Source: Polyangiales bacterium
Lineage (GTDB): Bacteria > Myxococcota_A > Polyangia > Polyangiales > JADJQN01
Reading direction: 5' to 3'
NCBI GenBank assembly: GCA_964202905.1
Contig: CAXNJO010000003.1
Location: 384,001-448,000 of the forward strand
DNA: 64,000 bases
Shown piece after piece: positions 20,716 to 30,447 of this stretch (within the stretch, counting starts at the first letter, position 1; the number at the start of each line of letters is the position of its first letter). Made by a program: the position numbers and the translations under genes. The notes under the pieces are model-generated. The model was not told the origin of the DNA, searched no databases, and saw only the letters and a list, made by a program, of their open reading frames with translations.

Positions 20716-20904
20716 GTCCCTCTGTCGGGAACCGAGCGGCGCAGTCACTGAATCTCTGACGCCTCGAACATCGGGAACGCATCTCCACCGTGGTGTGCCG
20801 GCCCGGCAACCTTCACCGGGTAGCCTGAAGCGGTGGATCCGCGTGCCCACCTGGTTGGACAGCCAGGGGTTCACCCTGCGCGAGACGGCCACGATGGTAC
20901 GGAC
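20716..20904 (+). ncRNA. ssrS: 6S RNA
   Basis: About 189-nt rod: GTCC/GGAC, CTGTCG/CGATGG, GCGCAG/CTGCGC, TGAATCTCTG/CAGGGGTTCA, central bubble, TCCACCG/CGGTGGA, apical TGGTGT..CCCGG/CCGGG-TAGCCTGAAG and GCCCACCT motifs typical of proteobacterial 6S. Confidence 0.8.
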
Positions 20905-20910
20905 ACCCGG

Positions 20911-20936
20911 AGAGCCGGCTCGCGAGAGTCGGCTCT
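20911..20936. terminator. 11-bp hairpin with GCGA tetraloop after the 6S RNA (possibly bidirectional)
   Basis: AGAGCCGGCTC-GCGA-GAGTCGGCTCT; weak U tail. Confidence 0.55.
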
Positions 20937-21099
20937 TCGACTTTCCGTCGATGGCCGCGACGCACGCCGTCGCGCGCGGGTGCGCATGCAGCGCGCCCTC
21001 ATCGGGCAGCGCAGCACGGCCTGCGACGCTCCGCATCGGCGGCGCACGCGCTCACGGCGCATCGCGAAAGCGCCCGAATCGACGGGGAAATCGGTGCGA

Positions 21100-21681
21100 T
21101 CAGGCGTTCTTCCCGCGGCCGACCCACGGCACGTCGGGGATGCCGGCGCGGCGGTTGGCGAGGCGGGCGAGGACGAAGAAGAAGTCGCTGAGGCGGTTCA
21201 CGTACTGCAGCAGAACCGGGCGCACGGACTCGAGCGCGTCGAGGGCGACGATGGCGCGCTCGGCGCGGCGGCACGCGGTGCGCGCGAGGTGCAGGTACGC
21301 GGCGGGCTGCGTGCCACCCGGGAGTACGAAGGCGCGCAGCGGCTCGAGCTCGCTCTCGGCGGCGTCGATGGCGCGCTCGATGCCCTCGACGTCGGCGTCG
21401 GCGACGAGCGGGATGCCGAGGTCGCGGTCGTACTCGGGCGAGGTCGCGAGCTCCGCGCCGACGTCGAAGAGGCGGCTCTGGATCTCGCGCAGGCGCGCGT
21501 CGACCGCCGCGTCGGGCGTGCCGTCCGCGGCGGGGAGCGGCGCGGTGCGGCAGAGCCCGAGCACGCTGTTGAGCTCGTCGAGCTCGCCGTAGGCCGCGAC
21601 ACGCGCGCACGCCTTCGAGACGGTGCCGCCGCCGAAGAGCCCCGTCTCGCCGCCATCACCCTGCTTCGTGTAGATCTTCAT
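21100..21681 (-). CDS. PduO-type cob(I)alamin adenosyltransferase
   Basis: MKIYTKQGDGGETGL, AYGELDELNS, FVLPGG, ARTACRRAER, NRLSD; ATGA overlap with fmt. Confidence 0.93.
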   Translation of the reverse strand: MKIYTKQGDGGETGLFGGGTVSKACARVAAYGELDELNSVLGLCRTAPLPAADGTPDAAVDARLREIQSRLFDVGAELATSPEYDRDLGIPLVADADVEGIERAIDAAESELEPLRAFVLPGGTQPAAYLHLARTACRRAERAIVALDALESVRPVLLQYVNRLSDFFFVLARLANRRAGIPDVPWVGRGKNA

Positions 21682-22664
21682 GGTCCTTGGCTCCCCTCGC
21701 GACGCGCGCCGAGCACGTCACCGCACGCGAGGGGACGCCCCGCGAGATAATCCGCCGCGCTCATGCGCCGCTTGCCCTCGGGCTGCACCTCGACGAGCGC
21801 CGCAGCGCCGGACCCGCACGCAACGACGAGCCCGCCCGCGCGGTCCGCGGAGAGCACCGTGCCCGGCACCGCGGCGGCGCCCTCACCCATCATCCCCGGC
21901 AGCGCGACGACGCGCGTCGCGTGGACCTTCAGCGACCCGCCCGCGGGCGTGCGGGTGAAGGCACCCGGCCAGGGCGACATGCCGCGCACGAGGTCGTGCA
22001 CCGCCTGCGCGCGCTGCGCCCAGTCGATCGCGCCGTGCGCCTTCTCGAGAATCGGCGCGAGCGTGTGCCGCACGTCGTCCTGCGGCACCGGCACGAGCGC
22101 GCCCGCGAGGTGGCGCGGCAGCGCCTCGCGCAACAGCTCCGCGCCGAGCGCGGCGAGACGCGGGGCGAGCTCGCCGGCCGTCTCGTCCGGGCCGATCGGC
22201 GTCGCGCGGCGCGCGAGCACGGGCCCGGTGTCGAGGCCCTCGTCCATCTGCATGAGGCAGACGCCCGTCTCCGCGTCGCCGCGCGCGATCGCCCACTGGA
22301 TGGGCGCGGCGCCCCGCCAGCGCGGGAGCAGCGAGGCGTGCACGTTCACGCAGCCGAGCCGCGGCGCCTCGAGCACCGCGCGCGGCAGGATGCGGCCGTA
22401 CGCGACGACCACCGCCACGTCCGCGTCGAGCGCGCGCAGCGACGCGGCGAACTCGGGCGTGCGCACCTTGACCGGCTGGATGACGGGCACGCCGAGCGCT
22501 TCCGCGCGCACCTTCACCGGGGGCGGCGCGAGCTCGAGGCCACGGCCACGCGGGCGGTCGGGCTGCGTCACCACCGTGACGACGTCCATGATCGCGGCGA
22601 GCGCGTCGAGGCAGGGCACCGCGAAGTCGGGCGTGCCGAAGAAGAGGGCGCGCGGACGGGTCAC
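21678..22664 (-). CDS. fmt: Methionyl-tRNA formyltransferase
   Basis: FFGTPDFA, TQPDRPRGRG, NVHASLLPRWRGAAPIQ, GLDTGP; GTG 22664 preferred as start. Confidence 0.95.
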   Translation of the reverse strand: MTRPRALFFGTPDFAVPCLDALAAIMDVVTVVTQPDRPRGRGLELAPPPVKVRAEALGVPVIQPVKVRTPEFAASLRALDADVAVVVAYGRILPRAVLEAPRLGCVNVHASLLPRWRGAAPIQWAIARGDAETGVCLMQMDEGLDTGPVLARRATPIGPDETAGELAPRLAALGAELLREALPRHLAGALVPVPQDDVRHTLAPILEKAHGAIDWAQRAQAVHDLVRGMSPWPGAFTRTPAGGSLKVHATRVVALPGMMGEGAAAVPGTVLSADRAGGLVVACGSGAAALVEVQPEGKRRMSAADYLAGRPLACGDVLGARREGSQGP

Positions 22665-22724
22665 GCGCGCCGTTGTAGCAGCGGGCCTCCCCGCAGCCAC
22701 CGCCGCCACCCGGTCGCGGCTCTA

Positions 22725-22753
22725 TTGACCGATGTTCAACGCGGGGCTACATC
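22725..22753 (+). promoter_or_regulatory. sigma70-type promoter overlapped by an imperfect palindrome
   Basis: TTGACC-N17-TACATC-7 nt-ATG 22761; TTGAccgatgtTCAA dyad at 22725-22739. Confidence 0.5.
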
Positions 22754-22760
22754 ACGCCGC

Positions 22761-23708
22761 ATGGAGGCGACGATGCACGCACACACCCCGCCCGCAGCCG
22801 CGATCCCCGCCGATGGCGCCCTGCCCGGTCTCGTCCCCGCGCCCGGCGGATCGCACGCGGCGCACGGTTCGGGGGTCCACGCCGCGCGCCCCGCGCGGAC
22901 GATCACGCCGCGCTCGCCGGACCTCGGCTTCGACGCGGTGCCGCGCTACTGGATGGCCCGGAGCGCGCTCGCGACGCAGGTCTCGAACGGCGTGAACCTG
23001 CTCTTCCCCGCGGGCGAGCGCTTCTTCGTGCGCTCGGTGCGGCACTACCTCGACCAGCTCGACGACGACGCGCTCCGCGCGCAGGTGAAGGGCTTCTTCG
23101 GGCAGGAGGGCCGGCACGCGCGGGCGCACGAGCGGCAGTTCGAGGCGCTCCGCGCGCAAGGCTACGACGTCGACGGCTTCCTCGCGTTCTACGAGCCGCT
23201 GCTCGCGCGCATCGAGGCGATGGCGCCGGCCGAGCTGAGGCTGTCGGTGACCGTCGCGCTCGAGCACTACACGGCCATCATGGCGCACGGCGCGCTCACC
23301 GATCCGCAGCTCGCCGCAGCGATGCACCCCGCGATGGCGCGCCTGCTGAAGTGGCACGCCGCCGAGGAGATCGAGCACAAATCCGTCGCCTTCGACGTGC
23401 TCGCAGCGGTGAACCCGAGTTACCGCCTGCGCCTCGCCGGGATGGGCGTCGCGACGCTCGGGCTCGCGGCGTTCTGGATCGGCTCGACCTCCTACCTCCT
23501 GCTGCAGGACCAGCGCGCCGGGCGCAGCCTCCGGGGCCACGACGTCGCGGTGATGCAGACGCGTGAACGCAGCATCGTGCGCGACGTGTTCGCGGCGGGG
23601 CTGCGCGCGTACCTGCGCCGCGATTTCCACCCGAACGAGGTCGACGACTACGCGCTCGCCGCGCAATTCCTCGCCGAATCGGGCATCGACGAGCCCGCCG
23701 CGGCCTGA
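22761..23708 (+). CDS. Predicted metal-dependent hydrolase (ferritin-like, PF10118-type)
   Basis: LFPAGERFFVRSVR, QEGRHARAH, LEHYTA, WHAAEEIEHKSVAFDV, DFHP. Confidence 0.85.
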   Translation: MEATMHAHTPPAAAIPADGALPGLVPAPGGSHAAHGSGVHAARPARTITPRSPDLGFDAVPRYWMARSALATQVSNGVNLLFPAGERFFVRSVRHYLDQLDDDALRAQVKGFFGQEGRHARAHERQFEALRAQGYDVDGFLAFYEPLLARIEAMAPAELRLSVTVALEHYTAIMAHGALTDPQLAAAMHPAMARLLKWHAAEEIEHKSVAFDVLAAVNPSYRLRLAGMGVATLGLAAFWIGSTSYLLLQDQRAGRSLRGHDVAVMQTRERSIVRDVFAAGLRAYLRRDFHPNEVDDYALAAQFLAESGIDEPAAA

Positions 23709-23724
23709 TGCGCGCGCCGCGGCG

Positions 23725-23782
23725 GCGCGCCTCAGGCGTGGGCTTCGGCCGCGCGCCTCAGGCGTGGGCTTCGGCCGCGCGC
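23725..23782. repeat. Exact 26-bp tandem duplication of the def 3' end
   Basis: GCGCGCCTCAGGCGTGGGCTTCGGCC at 23725 and 23751, then GCGCGC. Confidence 0.9.
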
Positions 23783-24270
23783 TTGCGCATCGCGCGGTCG
23801 ATCATGCGGCGCTTCAACATGCCGACGCGGTCGACCATGAGTTTGCCGTCGAGGTGGTCGTTCTCGTGCTGGATCGCGATGGCGAGGAGGCCGTCGGCCT
23901 CGAGCTCGAAGGGGTTGCCGTGGCGATCGAGCGCGGTGACCTTCACGCGCTCGGCGCGGTCGATCTCCTCGGTGACGCCCGGGAAGGAGAGGCAGCCCTC
24001 GTCCCAGCAGACCTCGCCGACGGCCTCGACGATCTCCGGGTTCACGAAGACGCGGAGGTCGCTCGGGTCGTCCGCGCCGGCGATGTCGATCACGAAGAGC
24101 CGCTGCGCGACGCCGATCTGCGTGGCGGCGAGGCCGACGCCGGGGGCCGCGTACATCGTCTCCGCCATGTCGTCGACGAGCGCCTGAAACGCGGCGCCGA
24201 AATCGGTGACGGGCGCGCCGGGGACGCGGAGGCGCTTGTCGGGGTAGTGGAGGATCGTGCGGATCGCCAT
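23758..24270 (-). CDS. def: Peptide deformylase
   Basis: GVGLAATQ, EGCLS, QHENDHL. Confidence 0.97.
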   Translation of the reverse strand: MAIRTILHYPDKRLRVPGAPVTDFGAAFQALVDDMAETMYAAPGVGLAATQIGVAQRLFVIDIAGADDPSDLRVFVNPEIVEAVGEVCWDEGCLSFPGVTEEIDRAERVKVTALDRHGNPFELEADGLLAIAIQHENDHLDGKLMVDRVGMLKRRMIDRAMRKRAAEAHA

Positions 24271-24368
24271 GACGGGTACAGCCTCTCGATGACGCTTGCA
24301 GTCGGGCCATTCTGCGGATGACGCTCCGGCGGCGCAAGGGCGGCGCTGGGCCGCGCGAGGAGGCGACG

Positions 24369-25076
24369 ATGCGGGTCGAGACGTTCGGCGGGCTCGAGTG
24401 CGTGGTGACGGGCGGCAGCGATCGGAAGGGCAGCGGAGACGGGCCGGTCGTCGTGCTGCTGCATGGCTTCGGCGCGCCGGGGACGGATCTCGTCGGGCTC
24501 TGGCGCGCGCTCGACGTGCCGCAGGGGACGCGCTTCGTGTTCCCGGCGGCGCCGCTGCGCCTGCCGCCGATGTTCGGCGAAGGGCGCGCGTGGTGGATGA
24601 TCGACATGGCCGCGCTCGACCGCGCGATGGCGCGCGGCGAGTTCCGGCAGCTCACGCAGGAAGATCCGGCGGAGCTGCCCGCAGCCCGGGCGCGCGTGTC
24701 CGCGCTGCTCGACGAGGTGGACGCGCGGCTCGCGCCGGCCCGCGAGGCCGTGTACCTCGGCGGGTTCTCGCAGGGCGCGATGCTCGCGTGCGACGTCGCG
24801 CTGAGCGAGCCGGAGCGGCCACTCGCGGGGCTGGTGCTGCTCTCGGGGACGCTGCTCGCCGAGCCGCGCTGGCGGCGGCTCTTCGCGGGCCGGGCGGGGC
24901 TGCGCGTGCTGCAGAGCCACGGGCAGCACGACCCGATCCTGCCCTTCGGCGTGGCCGAGCGGCTCCGCGACGCGCTCGTCGAGGGCGGCGCGTCCATGGA
25001 GTTCGTCGCGTTCCGGGGGGGGCACGAGATCCCGATGCCCGTACTCGCGCGGCTCGGCGCCTTCGTGTCGGCGTAG
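24369..25076 (+). CDS. Phospholipase/carboxylesterase (alpha/beta hydrolase)
   Basis: LLHGFG, GFSQG, HGQHDP, GGHEI; GAGGAGG RBS before ATG 24369. Confidence 0.9.
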   Translation: MRVETFGGLECVVTGGSDRKGSGDGPVVVLLHGFGAPGTDLVGLWRALDVPQGTRFVFPAAPLRLPPMFGEGRAWWMIDMAALDRAMARGEFRQLTQEDPAELPAARARVSALLDEVDARLAPAREAVYLGGFSQGAMLACDVALSEPERPLAGLVLLSGTLLAEPRWRRLFAGRAGLRVLQSHGQHDPILPFGVAERLRDALVEGGASMEFVAFRGGHEIPMPVLARLGAFVSA

Positions 25077-25269
25077 CGCGCCCGCCGCGACGGCGCGCAC
25101 GTTCGTGGGCTGCGGCAGGGCGCGGCGACGCGAACCATGACGCACCGATCAAGAATCCGCCCCGATCACTGACTCGCCGGTCCGGAGACGGGCCGGCGCG
25201 CTGCGGAGCGCGCGACGCGGCGGCCGTTCGCGGCGCGCGTGGGGAGGCCGCTCTCCGTGACGGACGCGC

Positions 25270-27617
25270 TCAGGCCTCGAGCGCGCGCGCGTAGCGGACG
25301 CGGAGGCGCGCATCGGCGAGGACGTCGAGCGCGTCGTCGAGGGCCGCGAGCACCGCCTCCCGTGCGGGCTCGAGCGAGGCGAGGCCGAGCGCCTCGAGCG
25401 GGAGACCACGGACGGCGCGGACGCGCTCCTCGTGCGCGGCGTGCAGCTCGCGCTCGCGCGCGTCGCGGGCGACGCCGAGGACCGCGAAGTAGTCGGCGTC
25501 CTCGGCGAGCAGCGCCAGGGCGGCGAGCTCGGCGCGCGCGACCGCCGCGGCCTCGTGGCTCACCGGGGGCGCGGCGGGGGCGGCTTCGACGCGGAGCGCG
25601 CCGGCCCGCACGAGGGCGAACACCGCGCCGGCGACGCCCTCCTCCGGTGGCGCCGCGGCGGTGAGCGCGTCGAGCGTCGCACCGGCTGCGTCACAGACGA
25701 GCGCGGCGAGCTCGGGCGCGAGGCCCGCCTCGGCGACACGCGCGGCGCAATCGGCCGTCGGCAGGAGGCGCACCGGGCCGGGACCGAGCAGCGACGCGAC
25801 GCGCGCGGGCTCGAGGCGGCGGCGCGCGCCCTCGACGACGAGCGCGAGCAGGGAACGCGAGAACGGGCGCGGCACGTGGGGCAGCGCGTCGCGACGGGTG
25901 GGCTCGAGGGGCGCCAGCTCGTAGTGCGCGCGACGCGAGGCGAGCACGGCGTAGAGGGCCTCTTCGCGGGCTCGTGCGAGGCGTCGCTCGAGCTCGAAGC
26001 GAGAGAGCAGCCCGGCGGCGACGCGGCGCTCGAGGAGTTGCTGCGCGGCCGGCTCGTCGGCCGGCTCGTCGACGATCCGGCGCTCGCGGCGCAGCTGCGC
26101 GACGACGCGCGTCGCGGCGTCGGCGGCGAACACGCGCGCCTCGCCATCGAGCAGCGTGACGCACACCTCGCCGACCGCGGGCTCGAGGTCGCGGAGGCGG
26201 AGCTCGCCCTCGGCGCCCGAGAGCGCGAGCCGCGCGAAGAGGTCCACGAGCCCCGCGTCGCCGAGTCGTGCCCGCGCGCGCGACGGCCTCGACGGGTCGG
26301 GCGTCGGCCGCCTGCGTCGCCGGTCCGCGCCGCCGCGCTAGGGGGGGGCGCGTGTCGGCGGCGCTCGAGCCACCCGGCGTCGCCGGTGACGCGCGGTTCG
26401 GCGACCGCGCGGACACCGCGGGCTGCGCGGGCGCTGCTGGTCGTGGGCGCGCGCCCGGCCCCTTCGTCGCCCGCGCCGGTGCCGGTGCCCGTCCTCACAC
26501 CGACGCCGCCCTGCGCGCCGCCGACCCGCTGCGCGCCCGTGTGTTCGCCTGGCTCCGAGCCCGCGGAGGTGCCGCCCGCCCGGTCGAAGCGGCTCGCGCG
26601 CGGCGTGAAGGGGCTCGGCGTGCGCGACGAGCCGATGCCGCTGCCGGGCGTGCGCAGCGGTGCGGGCGTGCCGCTCTGCGGGACGACGGGGCCGATCTGC
26701 GTGAAGGACTCGAGCGGGTCTTCGTCGGGCGCGTCGGGGCTCACGGCGACGTCCTCGAGGAGCTCGTCGGGGACGAGGCGATCGGGCGGCTCGTGCCCGG
26801 CGGCGAACCGCAGATCGAGCGGCTCGGCCCCGGGGAAGACGCGGCGATCGGCGGCGACGAGGATGTCCTGCAGGCGCGGGGAGATGTCGCTGGCCGGCTC
26901 GGACGGGTGCGACGCAGGTGCCGCCGCGGACGCGTCCGGCGGTGCCGACAGCGGCGCAGGCTGCGAGGACGACGCGGGCGACGACGACGCGGGCGACGAC
27001 GGCGACGGCTGCGAGGACGACGCGGGCGAGGACGACGCGGGCGAGGACGACGACCCGACGGGCTCCGAGGCCCCCACATGCGCCGGCGAAAACACCCCGG
27101 AGAGCGCGAGGGGCACCCCGTCTGCGTCGAGGCGCAGCGTGCGCTCGGGGCCCGAATCGCGGCCGACCCGATGCACGACGCTCGCATCGGCAGACTCCGA
27201 GTCCGGGCGGAGCGCGTCACCGCGGTCACGCTCGCCGCGGGCGGCGTACGCGACGCGCGGATCGCCCGCCTCGTGCACGCCGCTGCGCTCGGCGACGAGG
27301 TGCGACTCCGCGCGCTGCGCGAGGGCCGCGGCATCGACCGGTCGGGCGAGCCACGCGATCGACCCCGCCGCGGGCTCGCCGTGCGGAGGCGCACCGACGA
27401 GCAGCGCAACCGGGCCGCCCCGCGCCCGCAGCGACGCGAGCGCCGCGAGACCGCCCGGCGCATCGAGCGCGAGCACCACGAGGGCCGCCTCGCTGCCCTG
27501 CGCAAGCTCGTCGGCGCCGCGCTTGACGACCACGAAGCCGCGCGCGCGGAGGGCCGCGCGGATGGCGTCCCCCTCGATCGGATCGGCGACTTCGATGCGG
27601 AAAATCGGCACGGACAC
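25270..27617 (-). CDS. Multidomain protein: degenerate receiver-like N-terminus, Ser/Pro linker, DUF4388-like domain, J-like C-terminus (frameshifts near 26340 and 26265)
   Basis: N-part in ORF 25560-27617; C-part LGDAGLVDLF...ADYFAVLGVARDA...LDVLADARLRVRY in ORF 25270-26247; no HPD tripeptide. Confidence 0.6.
26964..27054. repeat. 15-bp coding repeats (SSSPA units)
   Basis: Repeated GAGGACGACGCGGGC-type units. Confidence 0.75.
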
Positions 27618-27776
27618 GGAGCACTCTATCAGGAGACGCGGGGCCCCGACGCGCCCTTCGCGACCGGCGCCGGTGCCTCCCTCGCCGCGCAGCGCCGCGC
27701 AGCGCCGAAGGCCGAACCGACGCGCCGGAGGCCGAGCCGCCGCGCCGCGCCGAAGGCTGCTGGGACGGGGGCGTCT

Positions 27777-28742
27777 TCACCCGCTGCGCGGGTGCGCGAG
27801 GAGCCAGTCGAGCACACGCGCCGTCGCGCCGGGCGCCGGGCTCGGGATGTGCGCCGCGCCCTCCATGCGCCAGAGCTCGACGCCGACGCCCTCGGGGCAA
27901 CCATCATGCATGAAGGGGATGGTCTCCGGCCCCGCGACCGTGCCGTCCCAATCGAAGGACGCGCCGGTCGTGCGCGTGTCCGCGCACCCGCTGCGTCGCG
28001 CCCAGTGCAGGGCCATCTCCTCCGCGGAGACGTACGGCCCGACGAGACGGAACTCGCCACCCTCGTAGAGGATGGTGTCGTCTGCCGTGCCATGAAAATG
28101 CAGGGCGCTCACGGGCAGCGGGAGCGTCTCGCAGACGGGCATCGCGTCCTCGGTGCCGGCGAGCGCGGCGAGCGCCGCGATGCGCGCGGGATACGCGCAC
28201 GCGAAGCGGTACGCCATGAACGCGCCGTTCGAGTGTCCGAGCAGCGAGACGCGCGCGGGGTCGACGGGCACGGTCGCGCTCGCCTCGTCGAGCAGCGCGG
28301 CGAGGTACGCGACGTCGTCGACGCCGAGGCCCTCGAGCGAGCGCGTCGCGGCCCAGAAGCGGTCACCGCCCGCGTCGGGCGTGCCGTTCGGGAGCAGCAC
28401 GTAGACGCCGCGCTCGCGCGCCGCGCGGCTGAGGCCGAGGTAGCTGTCCTCGATCGCGGCGGACGCGCCGTAGCCGTGGAGGAGCACCACGAGGGGCAGC
28501 GGCGTCACGCCGTCGTGCGCGGGCGGCAGGCCGAGCGTCGCGCGTCGTGCGGGCGGCCCGAGGCGCAGCGCCGTCGGCGGGCCCGCGTCGGGCGCGGCGT
28601 CGGTCGACGCGCCGGCATCGCGCGGCGGTGCGTCATCGGGCGAGTCGCAGGACGTGGCGGCGAGGCCGAGCGCGACGGGGATCGTGGCGGCGCGCGCGAG
28701 GGCGCGGAGACGGGCGACGCGGGGCGCGACGGGGAGGCTCAC
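27777..28742 (-). CDS. PHB-depolymerase/LpqP-like esterase lipoprotein
   Basis: ATSC lipobox, LLHGYG, DDVAYL, GHSNG, HGTADD; GTG 28742 preceded by TGgTACCGT. Confidence 0.85.
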   Translation of the reverse strand: MSLPVAPRVARLRALARAATIPVALGLAATSCDSPDDAPPRDAGASTDAAPDAGPPTALRLGPPARRATLGLPPAHDGVTPLPLVVLLHGYGASAAIEDSYLGLSRAARERGVYVLLPNGTPDAGGDRFWAATRSLEGLGVDDVAYLAALLDEASATVPVDPARVSLLGHSNGAFMAYRFACAYPARIAALAALAGTEDAMPVCETLPLPVSALHFHGTADDTILYEGGEFRLVGPYVSAEEMALHWARRSGCADTRTTGASFDWDGTVAGPETIPFMHDGCPEGVGVELWRMEGAAHIPSPAPGATARVLDWLLAHPRSG

Positions 28743-28771
28743 GTCGCGACGGTACCACCGCGCGCGACCGA

Positions 28772-30389
28772 TCACGGCACCGAGAGCGGCACGGCGAGGC
28801 TCTCGCGCCCGCCGCGCGCGATCGCGCTCGCGGCCCACGCGCCGGTGGTGAGCGTGAAGCCGTCGACGTCGGCGTCGTAGACGCGCGCGAGCTCGTACGC
28901 GCCGCCCGCCTCGCGGTAGACGGCGAGGAAGCGCGCGTCCGGGCCGGGCGCGCCGACGACCACCGCGCCGCCCTCCGACCGCGATCGATCGGTGCGCGCA
29001 GGCCGCGGAGAGGACGCGAGGCGCGGGATCACGGGCGCGAGCGCGGGTGTCGCGTAGAGGCCACCCGCGAGGGCCGTGCGCACGCCGAGCAGATCGGCGT
29101 CGAGGTTCTCGTAGCGGAAATGCACGCTGCCCATCACGCGGCCCGCCCGGCGCGAGGTCGCGGACGGCCTGGACCTGCGCGAGCAGCTCGTCACGCGTCC
29201 ACGAGGCGGTCGAGCCGAGCCGGTAGAGCGCGTGCCCCGCGAAGACGTGCTCGCCCGCGTCGGCCTGCTCGCCCCACCACGTGAGCAGCGGCACGAAGGC
29301 CTGCGCCGCCTGCGTCGTCGGCCAATAAAGCTGGGGCGCGACGTAGTCGACCCAGTCCGCGTCCATCCAACGTTTGGCATCACAATAGATGGTGGCGTAG
29401 GCGTCGAGACCGCGGATCCCCTCCGGCATGCCCGGCCGGTAGATGCCGAAGGGCGAGATGCCGAAGCGCATCGCGGGGCGCTCGGCGAGGAGCGCCGCGC
29501 GCACCTCGCGCACGAGCGCGTTCACGTTCTCGCGGCGCCAGTCACCGAGGGAGAGCGCGCCGCCGCCATCGCGGTAGGCCGTGTACGTCGCGTCGTCCGG
29601 AAACGGCGTGCCCGAAGCGTCGGGGTACGGGTAGAAGTAGTCGTCGAAGTGCACGCCATCGACGTCGTAGCGGCGCGCGAGATCCGCGACGACCGCGACG
29701 ACGTGCGCGCGGACGGCGGGCGCGCCCGGATCCATGACGACGCCGCTGCCGTAGCGGATCGCGTGCGCGGAGAGCGTGCGCGTGACGTGGTTCGGCGCGG
29801 CCGAGGCGCTCGCGCTGACGAGGCCGCGGTAGGGGTTGAGCCACGCGTGCACCTCGACGCCGCGCGCGTGCGCGAGCGTGAGGAGTTCGGTGAGTGGGTC
29901 GTAGCCGGGGTCTCCGCCCTGCGTGCCCGTGAGCACGCGGCTCCATGGCTCGAGCGACGAGGAGTAGAGCGCGTCGGACTCGGGGCGCACCTGGAACACG
30001 ATGGCGTTGAGCCCGGCCGACGCGGTGCGCTCGACGATGGCGGCAAGCTCCGCGCGCGCCGCAGACGCGGAGAGCCCGCTGCGGCTCGGGAAGTCGAGGT
30101 TCGACACGCTCGCGACCCACACCGCGCGGAACTCGCGCGGCGCCGAGACCTCGATGAGCGGGATGGGATCGCCCGCATCGAGCGCGTCCGCATCGGCCAC
30201 GTAAGCGTCGACCGAGGCACCATCTTCGGGGGTGGCATCACGCGGCGCACCGTCGACCGGCGCGGCGTCGGGCGCGACGCGCGTTCCGGCATCGGGCGCG
30301 CCCTTGACGCCGCTGCATGCGGCGAGCGAGAGCGCGAGCAAAGCAAGCGCGAGCGTGCACGCAGCGCGGCGGGAGCAGAGGTCGGACAT
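28772..30389 (-). CDS. GHL10/YddW (DigH)-like glycoside hydrolase lipoprotein (frameshift near 29150)
   Basis: LAAC lipobox, REFRAVWVASVSNLDFPS, FQVRP, HAWLNPYR, DGVHFDDYFYPY, FGISPFGI, PQLYW; continues GSVHF... in ORF 28772-29383. Confidence 0.88.
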
Positions 30390-30447
30390 GCGCGCGACGA
30401 TAGCCGACGTGATGCAATGCCGCGCGAGCGCGTGTAGGTTGGCGCCC

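Noticed and set aside
20670..20940. Cobalamin riboswitch, tmRNA or RNase P RNA near the adenosyltransferase gene
   Set aside because: It lies downstream of that gene, lacks the B12 box, tRNA-like ends and GAGGAAAGTCC, and folds as a 6S-type rod.
27700..27760. GCGCCGAAGGCCGA-like short repeats as REP elements
   Set aside because: Low-complexity GC-rich sequence with few, poorly matching copies.
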